Shown here piece by piece: positions 37,801-49,300 of a stretch of DNA of 64,000 nt. The stretch is from Bacteroidales bacterium (GTDB lineage Bacteria; Bacteroidota; Bacteroidia; Bacteroidales; F082), in NCBI GenBank assembly GCA_028704385.1, contig JAQVLA010000001.1:174794-238793 (forward strand), read 5' to 3'. Each line of letters opens with the position of its first letter. Positions within the stretch are counted from its first letter, which is position 1. The notes beneath the pieces were generated by a model, which worked only from the letters and a program-made list of their open reading frames with translations, searched no databases and was not told the origin of the DNA. The position numbers and the translations under genes are program-made.

Positions 37801-40800
37801 TGAACCCCTCGTTGATGGCGAAACCTATACTACCGGCGTTGCTGCTGTATTCACTACCGGACAATCAGCTACTGCTGAATTTACCTGGTTGTATGTAGCC
37901 TGTGACAATTACGATGCTCCTACAACTTTCACTGCTGAACAGGTAATTGGAACACTTGATGTAGCTCTTAACTGGACTAACGTTGATGCTGCAGCCCTGG
38001 ATACCATCTCAGCTTTGAGAATCTATCGCAATGGTGAAGAATATGTTGAGCTTGATTTCACAGCCGGTGCAGTTGATACTTATCTGGACGAAGAACTTGA
38101 ATTTGGAACCTATAACTATTGCCTCACTTACATCTATGACAGCGGTGCCGAAACTTGCGTTGATGGCGTTTGTTCAGAAGATGTTGTAATCACCGGTGGT
38201 GGATATGTAAACGGTACCGTAACTGCTTTTGACGGTGGTGCTGCTATTGAAGGTGCTACCATCACTTTTGCTAATGACGATTATAGCTTCGACTTTACAA
38301 CTGATGTTGCTGGTGTTTATACCGGTGAAGTAGTTGAAGGAACTTATACCGTTACAGCAAGTGCAAGTACTTTTGAATCACAAACTATTGAAGGTGTTGC
38401 AGTTGCCTTTGGCGAAACTGTTACCAACGATTTTGCTTTACTCGAATTCCCTTATCCTGTTTCAAGTGTTATTGCAACCGAAATCAATGATAACTCAGTT
38501 CTCGTTGACTGGAGTGCACAAGCACCCGTTGTTGAAGAATGGTTGATCTATGATGATGACGTACAACAGTTTGGAGGAATCGGTGCTGAAGCAGCAGATT
38601 ACAGTCTAATCTGGGCCTCAAAATTTGAACCTGCTTTACTTACCGAATACGGAACAGGATATGTTACCAAGATTGCTGTTTATCAAATGGCTTCTGTTGG
38701 CGATTACCTGACCGAAGTAAGAGTTATGTCTGGCGACGGAATGAACGTTCTGTATGCACAGGATGTAACAGGAACAATGGTTGCTGACTCTTGGAATATC
38801 GTTGAATTGGACGAAGCCGTGCCATTTGACAATACAGAGAATCTATGGATTGGTATGTATGTTGAACGTCCTGGTGATGTTTTCAATGAGCCTATGGCGG
38901 GTAGTTTGAATAGCTCACAAAACCTATCTGACTTTTTTGCCTACAATGGCGGAGCCTGGACAACCGCATTTGATGAATATGGATTAACTAACCTGGCCTG
39001 GATGCTGCGTGGTTTTGTAACCACCTCAGCTGGCCGTGAAGTAGCTTTAGGTCAGGGAGATTTCACTACTATCGGACATAAAGATTACTCAACTGTTAAA
39101 TCAGTGTCAAGTGGTAAAGGAATGATTCCTGCTATCAAAGCCAATGCTAAGTTCCCGGTTTATGCTCACGAAACTTCACGCGAATTACAAGGATACAACG
39201 TTTATCGCACTACTTGCGAAACCGGTGACCTTGAATTCCTTGGATTCACTCTGGACGAGCAATTCACTGACAATACCTGGGGTGGTGTTGAAGCAGGCGT
39301 TTACAAATGGGGCGTTGTTGCTCAATACGACAACAACGAATCAGAAGTGGCCTTCTCCAACTGTCTCGACAAAGACATGATCACAACTGTAAGTGTTACG
39401 GTTACAACTAACAGCGGCGACAGCCCGGAAGAAACTGATGTGATGTTCACCAATATTTCCGAACCTGACCTTGAGTTGGTTTACGAAGTAGAGCTGGACG
39501 AAACCGGTTTCTATGCCTGGGATGAGTTCCGCAAAGGTGTTTATGACATTTATGCAGAAAAGAACGGTTTCGCACCGATCGAACTGCTGGGCTATGTAAT
39601 TGATGGTCCAGAGGCTTTTGAATGGCTGCTTACAGAACTGTTGCTTCCTGTTGCTGACCTCTATGTTACGCCTACGGCTTTTGCTACCTGGAGATCAGGT
39701 GGAGAGATTCCTTTTGAGCCTTTCATGGAAAACTTCAACGAAGGCTTACCAGAAACCTGGACAGTAATTGACGGTGGAAATACTTCAGATACATGGTACA
39801 ACGAAACACCCGCCGGCAACCCACAATCTGCAGGTTCTTCACTTGATGGAACACCATTTATGTTTGCTGATTCTGATGGTGCCGGTTCAGGTTCTACAAT
39901 GGATGAGCAGCTGATTTCACCTGTGATCAACACCGAGAATGCTGACGAACTTTATGTTATGTTCGATTATCTTTACATCAATTTGTCAACAACCGAACAT
40001 TTCTCAGTTGATGTGTTTGATGGTGATGATTGGGTTGAAGTGTTCTTCTCACAGACTGATTCAGGTGCATGGCCATGGGACGTTGCTACTACAGAAACTA
40101 TTGATGTAACTGAGTATGCTAATGAAATGTTCCAGGTACGTTTCAACTACTTCTCACCAGGCTGGAACTGGTATGTAGCCGTTGATAACGTAGTTGTTAC
40201 TGATGTAACAGATCGCTATGCTGGTCGCGAATTGCAGTATTACAAGGTTTGGTTGGATGGCAATTTCATTGCTGACACCGAAAACACCTACTATCAGTAT
40301 GATGTTACCGAGTTGGTTGAAGGCCAGGAATACTTCTCAGAAGTAGCGGCTGTTTACTCCAATGGTATGTCAGAAAAGATGAACTATACCTGGATTTATT
40401 ACGGTTGTGAAAACTATCCTGGTCCCGAAAATCTCGAAGGCGAAGTTGACGGACAGGAAGTGACCCTTACTTGGGGCGGTTCTACACCTCCACCTCCTCC
40501 TGGAGATGATTTCTTTGAAGACTTCGAAGCTGGCACCTTGCCAACAGGCTGGGTAACCTACGATCAGGATGGTGATGGTTATATCTGGGACAATTCAGCA
40601 GTTGAATTTGATGTGTTTGAAGCGCATAGCGGTCTTTACTGCATGACAAGTGCATCCTATAGAAATGATGTAGGTGCCTTGAACCCAAATAACTGGCTTG
40701 TTACTCCTGCAATAGAAGTTACAGCTGAATCTGAACTTAATTTCTGGGTTTCTGCTCAGGATGCTGCATGGTCGGATGAGCAATATTATGTTAAAGTTTC

Positions 40801-43084
40801 TACAACAGGTAATGCAGTAGCTGACTTTACTGAAACCATTCACGATGCTGTTTCTCCAGCCGCTTGGGGTGAAGTAACACTGGATCTTTCTGCTTATGCC
40901 GGAGAGACTATTTACATTGCCTTCCAACATGCAGATGTAACAGATATGTACTTCATCAAAATTGATGATGTATTGGTTACAAATACAAGCTCCAGAGCAG
41001 CCTACACTGCTTCTGTTCCGGCAGGCCAAAGCTATCAGTTGGCATATAAATCCAATAGCTATGCTACTACACAGGCAAATACACAACATCTTCTTGCTGT
41101 TGGACAGAATGCTGTTGCTCAATCGAGCTATGCTGGTGTAAGCTATACCAACAGAGAAGACGAAATCCTCTGGACTCCAAACTGGGAAGATCCTCAGACT
41201 ACTACTCAGGGTATTGTTACTACTTATTTTGGTGGTTTAGATGCTCCTACTTATTCAGCTGACGACTTTATTGTTCCTGAAGGTGAAGAGTGGACTGTTT
41301 CTACCCTGATGGCACGTGGATTTACTTCAGGTGGTGTTCCAGTTCCTGAAGGCTTTGGATATACTATCTTTGCTGATGCTGCTGGTGCTCCTGGTGATAT
41401 CTTGTTCGAAGAAATCAATACCGGTGCCAACAATCCTGACCTCGTTGAGATTGTACTTGATGAAGCCATTACTTTAACGGCTGGTACCTATTGGGTAAGC
41501 ATTTATGCTTATTACGCAAACGCTTCTACTACAACCGAAGGCAGATGGAATCAGTATATGTGGAATCCTTCTACCACTCCGGGTAATGTTGCAATGCTCA
41601 ATGATATTGCCGGTTTGTTCGGTGGTACGGGTGGATTTGTAACCCTTGCTTCATTAGGCGTTGATTATACTACACTTGATTTTGCAATTGTTGGTGAAGC
41701 TAACACCGGTGGCGGTGGCGGAGATTTTGAAACAGGCGAATTGCTTGGTGCAAATATTTACCGCGATGGCGAACTGATTGCCGAAATGGTGACTGACGAA
41801 TTCTACGTTGACGAAGATGTAGCTTATGGCATGCACGAATACTGTGTTACTTTTGTTTATGAAAGTGGCGCTGAATCATGTGCAGGTAACTGCATTGATA
41901 TTGAGGTAGTTTATCCATGTGATGCACCAAAAGACCTCACTGGAGAATACCTCTGGACAGAAGAAGCATGGGGCGCGCTGATTGAGTGGAAATCTCCCCA
42001 GGATGCTATTGCTGAATGGTTGTTCTACGATGATGGTGTGAATGTTGATGGTATTGGTGGCCCTGCTACCTTCACCTGGGCTGTTAAATTCGACCCGGCA
42101 CAGCTGGCTGAATTTGATGGAGCTTCACTCACCAAAATCAGTCTTTACAACAGAACAGCCGCTTCTAACGAACTGCGTATCTACGAAGGCACCAATGCTG
42201 CAACCCTGATTCATACGCAAACCCTCAGCGGTCTGGGTATTGAAACCTGGGAAGAAGTGGATCTGACTGACGCTGTTTTGATTGATGTTACCAAAGAACT
42301 CTGGATTGCCATTTATACCACTGATGGCGCGAATTTTCCTGCTGGTTGTGGTAACTACACCGGAAACCCAAATAGTGACCTGATTACACTTGACGGTGTA
42401 CTTTGGGAACATTTGAATGATCTTGCACTGCCTTATACCTGGAACCTGCGTGGTTTTGTTACCACTGCTGCAGGTGCTATGGCAGCCTTACCAATGGAAA
42501 TCCCTGTTGACAATTACAACAGCGACGACCGTGCAGCATTGGCTGTTTCTGGTAAAGGTGCCGGCGAAAATGCCGTACTGGATATGAGCCGCAACCGCGA
42601 ACTCGATGCATTTAATGTATATCGCAGCGCCGATAATTCAAACTACAGCCTGATCGCTACCGTACCATTCGAAGAAGGTGTTTCTGATTTTGAATACTTC
42701 GATACTGATGTAGCCATTGGCGAACATTACTATCAGGTAACAGCTACCTACACCTACGAAGGTGGAAGCTGTGAATCAGAACCAGCAATGGCGCTGAATA
42801 ATCCGGAAGATGATTTCGTTTATGTATTTGTTACTAACATCAACGAATTGGGTGCAATTAATGCCCGCATGTTCCCGAACCCGGCTACCAATAACGTAAC
42901 TATCGAAGCTAACGGTATGAACCGCATCACGGTTATCAATGCTGTTGGTCAGGTAGTTTATGATGTTGAATTGGATAACAACAACACACAACTCAGTGTA
43001 GCTGCTTTCGAAGCAGGCGTTTATGTTGTTCGCATCAATACCGAAACTGGAATTGCAACCAAACGTCTGACTATCGTTAGATAA
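34850..43084 (+). CDS. Giant T9SS-secreted multidomain surface protein, paralog B (2744 aa from ATG 34850)
   Basis: Signal peptide MNRKTTFLRWLLIVFAGLLFIGNSAFAQ. It has the same backbone as A. It also carries a choice-of-anchor-J-like domain (FEDFEAGTLPTGWVTYDQDGDGYIWDN...NNWLVTPAI...IYIAFQH...IKIDDVLVTN, about 40505-40986) and two EWLxYDD modules. The C-terminal T9SS sorting domain is MFPNPATNNVTIEANGMNRITVINAVGQVVYD...RLTIVR. Confidence 0.85.
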   Translation: MNRKTTFLRWLLIVFAGLLFIGNSAFAQKLLISPDPIDLGDRPIGAWMEPLTVTLENTTVSSIVINNVETDNPDYFGLDLPTFPVTIAAGETVEIGVSLQGTPAVGNVAGQLVIQFADATRDVEVAPITANAYTPLLGDVVENPFELTLTPTAPVSLQAPSSREFGGYYKNYVLSNDVGSGPNDHDYIYLLQPATDMLIDLNIASGSANFAFYAADFGGEAGPMASNALVQAIDVINDFELFAGMTYYLVGSSLDLWTVAVNLTAMPAPQAVTNVAPLDGAVDIINGTDLEWAFGANTLEYQLILGTTYPPATVVVDWTDELATTYELSNLEPNLQYFWQVNVRNNTATTTGDIWGFTTTLTPPSGLTGNAEVYEGEDVVLTWESPVDRAFLGYNIFRDGVQQNAVMLTEATYTDVEPAYNMVGYDYTVTAIFDEGESAHSDPFTVQVTGEGTLDGNVSDLNTGDDIAGATVTMTGVDEFGEDQEYTTTTDATGNYTADVFAGTYDITVAADGYIGAEVTGVAVAYGAIETTDFTMFETAYPVAVVTASEFGENILIEWSFDAVNFVPQVYPFESEGMSEAQIQKAWNGFLAENNFDATAQGSDRALVEFQVWREKAYLPGTIEMIGTTSQLQFVDFDWSVQDWGVYKWYVVAVYDLNESDPVGSNPMDKDMNTVVDVTVALNSADSPAGTLVEFTNVDESPELVYSVLLPASGVNTWNEFRKGTYDILVSYPGYAAVNETGVDIFDETSFEWLLEELLATPADLYVTPTGFATWAGGSGDVPFAPVMVDFNDGMPADWTVEAGPNSDVADNWQWLEYYDSWLGEETLDGTPFVMIDSDGAGSGVNVDGMLVTPVMDASGADMLYVEFDQFYNHGSGSWASLFGNVDVYDGTAWVNVLNQTAEIGDFSAPDHKVLDVTSYANADFQVRFHYDDGGNWAYYWALDNISITNVAPPTRSFEAYKVFLDGTLLGEVSEEEYQHGGFGEPLVDGETYTTGVAAVFTTGQSATAEFTWLYVACDNYDAPTTFTAEQVIGTLDVALNWTNVDAAALDTISALRIYRNGEEYVELDFTAGAVDTYLDEELEFGTYNYCLTYIYDSGAETCVDGVCSEDVVITGGGYVNGTVTAFDGGAAIEGATITFANDDYSFDFTTDVAGVYTGEVVEGTYTVTASASTFESQTIEGVAVAFGETVTNDFALLEFPYPVSSVIATEINDNSVLVDWSAQAPVVEEWLIYDDDVQQFGGIGAEAADYSLIWASKFEPALLTEYGTGYVTKIAVYQMASVGDYLTEVRVMSGDGMNVLYAQDVTGTMVADSWNIVELDEAVPFDNTENLWIGMYVERPGDVFNEPMAGSLNSSQNLSDFFAYNGGAWTTAFDEYGLTNLAWMLRGFVTTSAGREVALGQGDFTTIGHKDYSTVKSVSSGKGMIPAIKANAKFPVYAHETSRELQGYNVYRTTCETGDLEFLGFTLDEQFTDNTWGGVEAGVYKWGVVAQYDNNESEVAFSNCLDKDMITTVSVTVTTNSGDSPEETDVMFTNISEPDLELVYEVELDETGFYAWDEFRKGVYDIYAEKNGFAPIELLGYVIDGPEAFEWLLTELLLPVADLYVTPTAFATWRSGGEIPFEPFMENFNEGLPETWTVIDGGNTSDTWYNETPAGNPQSAGSSLDGTPFMFADSDGAGSGSTMDEQLISPVINTENADELYVMFDYLYINLSTTEHFSVDVFDGDDWVEVFFSQTDSGAWPWDVATTETIDVTEYANEMFQVRFNYFSPGWNWYVAVDNVVVTDVTDRYAGRELQYYKVWLDGNFIADTENTYYQYDVTELVEGQEYFSEVAAVYSNGMSEKMNYTWIYYGCENYPGPENLEGEVDGQEVTLTWGGSTPPPPPGDDFFEDFEAGTLPTGWVTYDQDGDGYIWDNSAVEFDVFEAHSGLYCMTSASYRNDVGALNPNNWLVTPAIEVTAESELNFWVSAQDAAWSDEQYYVKVSTTGNAVADFTETIHDAVSPAAWGEVTLDLSAYAGETIYIAFQHADVTDMYFIKIDDVLVTNTSSRAAYTASVPAGQSYQLAYKSNSYATTQANTQHLLAVGQNAVAQSSYAGVSYTNREDEILWTPNWEDPQTTTQGIVTTYFGGLDAPTYSADDFIVPEGEEWTVSTLMARGFTSGGVPVPEGFGYTIFADAAGAPGDILFEEINTGANNPDLVEIVLDEAITLTAGTYWVSIYAYYANASTTTEGRWNQYMWNPSTTPGNVAMLNDIAGLFGGTGGFVTLASLGVDYTTLDFAIVGEANTGGGGGDFETGELLGANIYRDGELIAEMVTDEFYVDEDVAYGMHEYCVTFVYESGAESCAGNCIDIEVVYPCDAPKDLTGEYLWTEEAWGALIEWKSPQDAIAEWLFYDDGVNVDGIGGPATFTWAVKFDPAQLAEFDGASLTKISLYNRTAASNELRIYEGTNAATLIHTQTLSGLGIETWEEVDLTDAVLIDVTKELWIAIYTTDGANFPAGCGNYTGNPNSDLITLDGVLWEHLNDLALPYTWNLRGFVTTAAGAMAALPMEIPVDNYNSDDRAALAVSGKGAGENAVLDMSRNRELDAFNVYRSADNSNYSLIATVPFEEGVSDFEYFDTDVAIGEHYYQVTATYTYEGGSCESEPAMALNNPEDDFVYVFVTNINELGAINARMFPNPATNNVTIEANGMNRITVINAVGQVVYDVELDNNNTQLSVAAFEAGVYVVRINTETGIATKRLTIVR
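37704..38240 (+). repeat. High-identity block shared with giant gene A (29564-30100)
   Basis: See the feature at 29564-30100. A 36-nt core GGATACCATCTCAGCTTTGAGAATCTATCGCAATGG is also identical in gene C (about 48309-48344). Confidence 0.85.
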
Positions 43085-43118
43085 TTCTGACAGTTTTTAT
43101 TAAAAACTGAATCAATAC

Positions 43119-43157
43119 AAAAGAGACTGCCGATAGGTGGTCTCTTTTGTGTTTTTA
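43119..43157 (+). terminator. Intrinsic terminator after giant gene B
   Basis: AAAAGAGAC (43119-43127) pairs with GTCTCTTTT (43140-43148), followed by T-rich GTGTTTTT. An AT-rich hairpin CAGTTTT-TATTA-AAAACTG (43091-43109) precedes it. Confidence 0.7.
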
Positions 43158-43276
43158 GGCTTTTCACCCTGATTAATGAATCCGGTTTTATAATATTTTA
43201 AATCTTGTGTTAAAAAAGTTTTAAAAAAATTCACCAAAATTTGTGTAAATCAAAAAAAGCTTTATACCTTAGCCTC

Positions 43277-43284
43277 TAATTTTG
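43277..43284 (+). promoter_or_regulatory. Candidate -7 box (TAATTTTG) for giant gene C
   Basis: Matches TAnnTTTG, 37 nt upstream of ATG 43321. No TAGGGG-N15-TTGTC element was seen in this leader. Confidence 0.4.
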
Positions 43285-43320
43285 ACCAATTTTTCTATTT
43301 ATTAACCAATTTCTATTATT

Positions 43321-46300
43321 ATGAAAAGTAATCTTACTTATGCACGATGGCTCTTCAGTGTTTTGCTGATAGCTTTCGTCTGGTCTGGTTCTGCTTTTGC
43401 TCAAAGCAAAGTAGTCAAACCAGATCAGGATGTATTGTCAGCGATCGAGTCAGCGGCTGCTGTCTTTGATCAGGGACAGTTAAATCCTACCCGAAACTTC
43501 AGAAGCCCGGTTTGCCCGAGTGGTAATCTTTCTGAAGGTTTTGAAGACTTAACCTTTCCTCCATCGGGATGGGTACGCTATAACCCGCTTGGTGCGAATC
43601 AATGGGTGAGGAGTACAACCTATAGCAATACTGGGTCGGCCTCAGCGTATATTACTTATCAATCCACTGGCGGAGAAGATTGGCTTGTAACTCCCAAGGT
43701 GAATGTGCTGGTAGGGGATGAAATCAGTTTTTGGATTAGACATGCTTTTTCTTCTGATTATCCACCTGATAATCTCGCTGTTTTGGTTTCAACGACTGAC
43801 AACAGCATGGCCAGCTTTACCGATGTGATTGCAACATTAGCCGTTGGAACTGATTATACTGATGTTTTCCAGCAAAAAAGCTATGCATTGGATGCCTATG
43901 CCGGTCAGAGCGTTTACATTGCTTTTAAACACACAAATACAGACGGTAATGGGATTTATATTGATGATGTTGAAGGTCCCGAATTATATTCTCCCTATTT
44001 TGCAAGTGATCCCTCTCTTGATTTTGGAGTAACCTATGATTTGGGCAGCTATTCAATGGATTTTGAAATTGCAAACTGCAGCGCAGGCGATTTGGAACTA
44101 ACATTTAATAGCGCCAGCCCTGAAGTAGGCATTTCAGGTTTACCTCTTACCGTAGCAACTGGTGATGTTGGTACTATCACGGTGAACTTTGATCCTTCAT
44201 CAGCCGGATTATACACAGGTGATTTTATGATAAACACCAATGATCCGGATAACCCGATTCTTGAGGTTGAAGTGCTCTCAGCAGTTCAGGAAGCAGTTGT
44301 TACTGCCTCAATATACGAAAACTTTGATTCGTATGCGGGCTTTGAAATACCTGATAACTGGATAGGTAATTTTAGCACCCGAACAACTGGAGGGGTTAAC
44401 AATACTGGCAGATTTACCAGAAATCTATGGTCATTAAACTCTACCGGTCAGTTTGGTACTAATTTTGTTGACATTGCCGATGATGGCACTTTGAGTTTTC
44501 AGTACAGGATTGTTGATTATTCTGGCTATCCTTCTACACCAACACCTGCAGCAAATGTTGACTTTGGTGTTTATATGAGTACAGATTTCGGGAATTCATT
44601 CCTTCCTCTTTGGGTGTTTGATCCGCTGACTCATGTTGAATCATTAGATTACGCAGCTGTTGAGATAGATTTGAGTGCATATTCAGGCGAAACTGCTATT
44701 TTTGTTGTTGATGCTGTATGGAATAGTGGAGATTTTTATCTTGATTTTGACGATTTCAATGTAACCTTTGTTGAACCAGGGCTGCAGTTTTTGGTTGATG
44801 AAATCCTGATGGGAGATCGTCCGATTGGAGCCTGGATGAGACCAGCCAGCCTTGGTATGATTAATAACCCTGGAAGAGGTAGTTATACTTTTACTGCGGT
44901 TGACCTTGATAATAACTATAATGGCTTTTTGAGTGCTTCAAGCCCCGAACTGCCTTTTGTGCTTGATGAAGGAGAAACTACTGACGCCTTTGGTATTCGT
45001 ACTAATAATGTTGAAGCAACTCCCGGAGCTTATAATGGTTTGCTTGCTTTGTTCTATACACCATCGGATCGGGCTGTTGCAGTTATTCCATATAGTGGAA
45101 ATGCATATGTGCCGCTTGAAGGTGATGTATGGGAAACAGCTTTTGATGCAAATGCTGTTACTTTCCCTGACGTTGTGGCGATGGGCAGCTTCGTTAATAA
45201 CTACCTACTCCCGGGTGAAGACGAAGATGGCTGGGATGTGGTATATAAAATTGATGTGAATAGTGGTGATGTTTTGCTTGATATTACCCTAACAGCCGAT
45301 GATGCCAAAATGGCAATTTACGCTTCAGGTTTTGAAGGTGTTGGTGGTCCTGATGTTGCTAATGCCATTTATGAAGGCACTACAGGAGCTACCGGTCTGG
45401 AACTTTTTGAAGGGGTTTATTATCTGGTTGTAAGTACTACAGGTGCCGACTTTACCCTTGATGTAGTAGATAACCTAATGCCAGCTCCTGATGCAGTAAC
45501 TTACCTGGCTCCTGCTGATGGTGCAACTGGTATAATTAATGGAGATGAACTGGAATGGGCATTTGGTGCCGGAGTAATTGAATATCAGTTGATTCTGGGA
45601 ACTACCTATCCTCCGGCAACCGTTGTGGTTGACTGGACAACGGATTTGGAAGAGTCTTATACACTGACCACCTTAAATCCCAATATGCAATACTTCTGGC
45701 AGGTAAACGTACGGAATAATAATGGTACTACCGGTGGGGAAGTTTGGGGATTCACAACTTCCATTACACCTCCTGCTGATCTTACCGCTACGGTTAATGA
45801 TCCGGGTGAAACTTCTGCTACTGTAAGTGCTACCCTGGAATGGACAAGTCCGCTGGATCGCGCGTTAATTGGGTACAATATCTACCGTGATGCAGTGATG
45901 ATTAACACTGATCCTGTAGTAGGTGAAAGCTTTACAGATTTAGGACTGGCACGTAACGCAGCCTATTCTTATTACGTAACCGCTGTATTTGATGAAGGAG
46001 AATCTGATCCTTCCAATATTGTTAATATTAATACTTTAGGAGTCGGAAGTGTAGAAGGATATGTATTTGAAGCATTAAATAATGATCCTATCGAAGGGGC
46101 TACTGTTCGTTTGCAGGGTGCCAATGGTATTTATACTTATGCTACTGACGCGGATGGTGCTTACGAAGGTCTGGTTTATGCAGGATTGTACAGCTATACC
46201 GTAAGTGCTACTGATTATGATAATCAAACACTTTCCGGACAAACGGTAATTCATGGTGGGACACTTATGAACGATTTTTATCTTACAGAATCACCATATC

Positions 46301-49300
46301 CGGTAGCGGATGTAGTGGCTTTTGAACTGGATGAAGACATGGTTCAGATTACCTGGGGCGGTTCAACACCTCCTCCTCCACCTCCATTGATTGCCGAGTG
46401 GCTGTCATACGATGACAATGGTATTGCAACGCAATACTGGTGGGCTGGAGCAGGTGCACCTTTCTCCTGGGCTATCAGTTTTGACCCTGCTGACCTGGCA
46501 GAACTGGATGGCTCTTCTTTAACCAAAATTGCCATTTTCAATACTGCTGTTGCAGATGTAAATACACTGAACATCTATCAAGGCGATCTGGAAGCAGGAA
46601 CTGCAACTTTGGTTCATACCCAGAACTTAACCGGTCTTACGCTGGAAGCCTGGAATGAAGTTGATCTGACAGTTCCGGTACCGATTGATGTCGCACAACA
46701 ACTCTGGATATCATTGTACAGCCCAAGTCCAACCGGTGGAGTAGCTGCTTCAACACCCATTTACAACGCTAAAGGTGATTGGGTTAATTTTACAGGTAGT
46801 TGGCTACATATGAGTGCTGACCTGGGTTATGATGTTACCTGGAGCCTGAGAGCCTTTGCTACCAATGCTGCCAACAGAAGTGTTACGCAACTTGTTAGCA
46901 AATATCAGGAACCCAGATACAATACCAATGCAAGTGCTTCTTTAGAATCATTTGATGTTGTTGGTGCTAAACCATTCCGTCCGGAAACTATCGCCAGAGG
47001 AATTGCAGATTATACTGTATGGCGCGAAAAGGTTTATCAACCCGGCATATTGGAAGAAATAGGAAATACAACTCAGCTTGATTTTGTAGATTTCGACTGG
47101 GCTACAATAGATTGGGGTGTTTATCGCTGGGCCGTAACAGCCAATTACGATGGAGGCCAAAGCTCTATTCCTACCTTCTCCAATACTTTGGATAAGGACA
47201 TGGAAGTAGTAGTTGATGTTGCTGTAACACTCAATTCCAATGAATCACCCGGTGGAACTTCTGTTACCTTTACCAATATTTCAGAGCCGGATCTTGAACT
47301 GGTTTTCAATACCACACTTGACAATTCAGGCTTGTTTACCTGGAACGATTTCCGTCGCGGTGTGTACGACATCGAAGTTAAACTACCTGGCTATGCTGTT
47401 GTTAATGAGGCCGGTGTAGAAATCTTTGATGATGCTTCATTCGCATGGTTACTGGAAGAAATTCTGGCTACACCTTCAGCATTATATGTTACTCCAACAG
47501 CTTTTGCAACCTGGGAAGGTGGAAGTGGAGATTCTCCTTTTGTTCCTTTGATGGAAAGCTTTGATGGACTTGCCACAGATGAATTACCTGAAGGTTGGAC
47601 TAAATCTCCTGAAACCACAAACTGGGGAGCTGATAATTCAAATTTAGCTGGTGGTGTTGCACCTGAAATGGAATTTTATTGGTCCCCATCAAGTACTGAT
47701 GAATTTTATTTGATGACACCTGTGATGAGTACTGCTGGTATGAGTATGCTTGAATTATCATTCAGACATTACGTAAGTCATTATAATAGTACTACTTATA
47801 CCTGGTCACTCAGAGTGGTAGCGATTGCTGATGGTGTAGAATATTTGATCCAGGAATGGAATCCAACTGCAAGTATTCCGGCAACTCAGGTATTTTTTGA
47901 CCTGACAGCTGCTCATGGAGTTGGTGCCAGTGAGTTTCAAATTGCCTGGGTTTTCGATGGACAAACCTTTGGAATTAATTACTGGGACATTGATGATGTA
48001 ATGCTCAATGGCCCAAGAGCCAAAGCTGGCCGTTCATTCGAAAATTACAAGGTATTCCTGGATGGTCAATTGGTTGATGAAACAACGGATAGCGAATATC
48101 AGTATGATGTTTCAACACTTGTTCCTTACGAAACATACACTGCTGGTGTTGCTTCTGTATTCTCAACAGGCCAGTCACCAACAGCTGAGTTCGACTTTAT
48201 CTATGTTCCATGCGAAGATTATGATGCTCCTTCTGCTTTCGCAGCCGCTCAGGTTGAAGGCACACTCGACATCCTGCTCGAATGGACGAATGTGGACGCT
48301 GCTGCTTTGGATACCATCTCAGCTTTGAGAATCTATCGCAATGGCGAAGAATATGCCGAACTTGACTTTACTGAAGGAGCTGTTGACATGTTCCTCGATG
48401 AAGACCTCGAATTCGGTATGTACACTTACTGTGTAACCTATATTTATGACAGCGGTGCCGAAACCTGTCAGGGTGTAACTTGCTCTGAAGAGATCGAAAT
48501 CGACGGCAACGCCGCAGTTGACGGTATGGTAATGCAGGCTGCTTATCTCGGTGGTGATCCTATCCAGGGTGCATCTGTGTTGCTTGTTAATGTGGATGAT
48601 CCGGATATGACGTTCGAATATTTCACCGATGCAACGGGTGCTTACGAAGGCAGCGTGATAGCTGGTACTTATGACTATTTTGTAAGTGCAATGGGATACT
48701 CAACGGAAACGCTCGAAGATGTTGTAATTGTGTTGAATGCAACAGTTACCAACAACTTCGAACTGATGGAATTCCCATTCCCGCCGATCAATGTGGTTGC
48801 AACAGAAATCTCGGATGATAATGTCTTGATTACCTGGCACAACCCAACCTATGCACCATTTGAACCTATCCTGGAGACCTTTGATAATGGTATTCCTTCA
48901 AGCTGGACAATAGTTGATGGTGGTACTTCAACGGATACCTGGTATATGGAAACCCCTGCAGGGAATCCACAAAGTACAGGTGCTTCACTGGATGGAACTC
49001 CATTTGCTTTCGTTGATTCCGACGAAGCCGGTAGCGGATTCACCCTGGATGAACTATTGATTTCTCCTGTTATCAATGCTTCAACCTCTGAGGAATTGTA
49101 CGTTATCTTCGATCAGTACTATAACTTCCTTACCTCTGGCGAATATGCCAAGGTTGATGTATTTGATGGTACCGATTGGGTTACAGTATTGAATCAGGTT
49201 GCTGATGCCGGTGCATGGAATAACCCTGATCATCGTGTAATTGATGTGACTGCATATGCCAATGAGAATTTCCAGGTTCGTTTCCATTTCTTTGACAATG

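Noticed and set aside
29564-38240. The near-identical A/B blocks could be template/variable repeats of a diversity-generating retroelement.
   Set aside because: The window has no reverse transcriptase gene. The mismatches in the 98% block are scattered transitions (G/A, C/T, T/C) rather than adenine-specific substitutions. The blocks also lie in scaffold Fn3 modules, not in a C-terminal variable ligand-binding domain.
40595-41122. Long antisense and off-frame ORFs lie inside the giant genes (for example 40595-41122, 49864-50424, 49081-49455, 31509-31847, 47145-47618) and inside the BNR gene (for example 3035-3550, 2198-2542).
   Set aside because: Each is fully embedded in a much longer ORF that has clear domain content. 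Their translations are low-complexity or Cys/Ile/Ser-rich with no motifs. They are typical shadow ORFs of compositionally biased genes.
46366-46385. The poly-Pro and poly-Gly coding runs (40484-40505, 41705-41720, 46366-46385, 50660-50675, 52024-52050) could be slipped-strand phase-variation tracts.
   Set aside because: They are encoded by mixed codons (CCT/CCA/CCC, GGC/GGT/GGA), not by homopolymeric or perfect short tandem nucleotide repeats. They sit at module boundaries and look like interdomain linkers.
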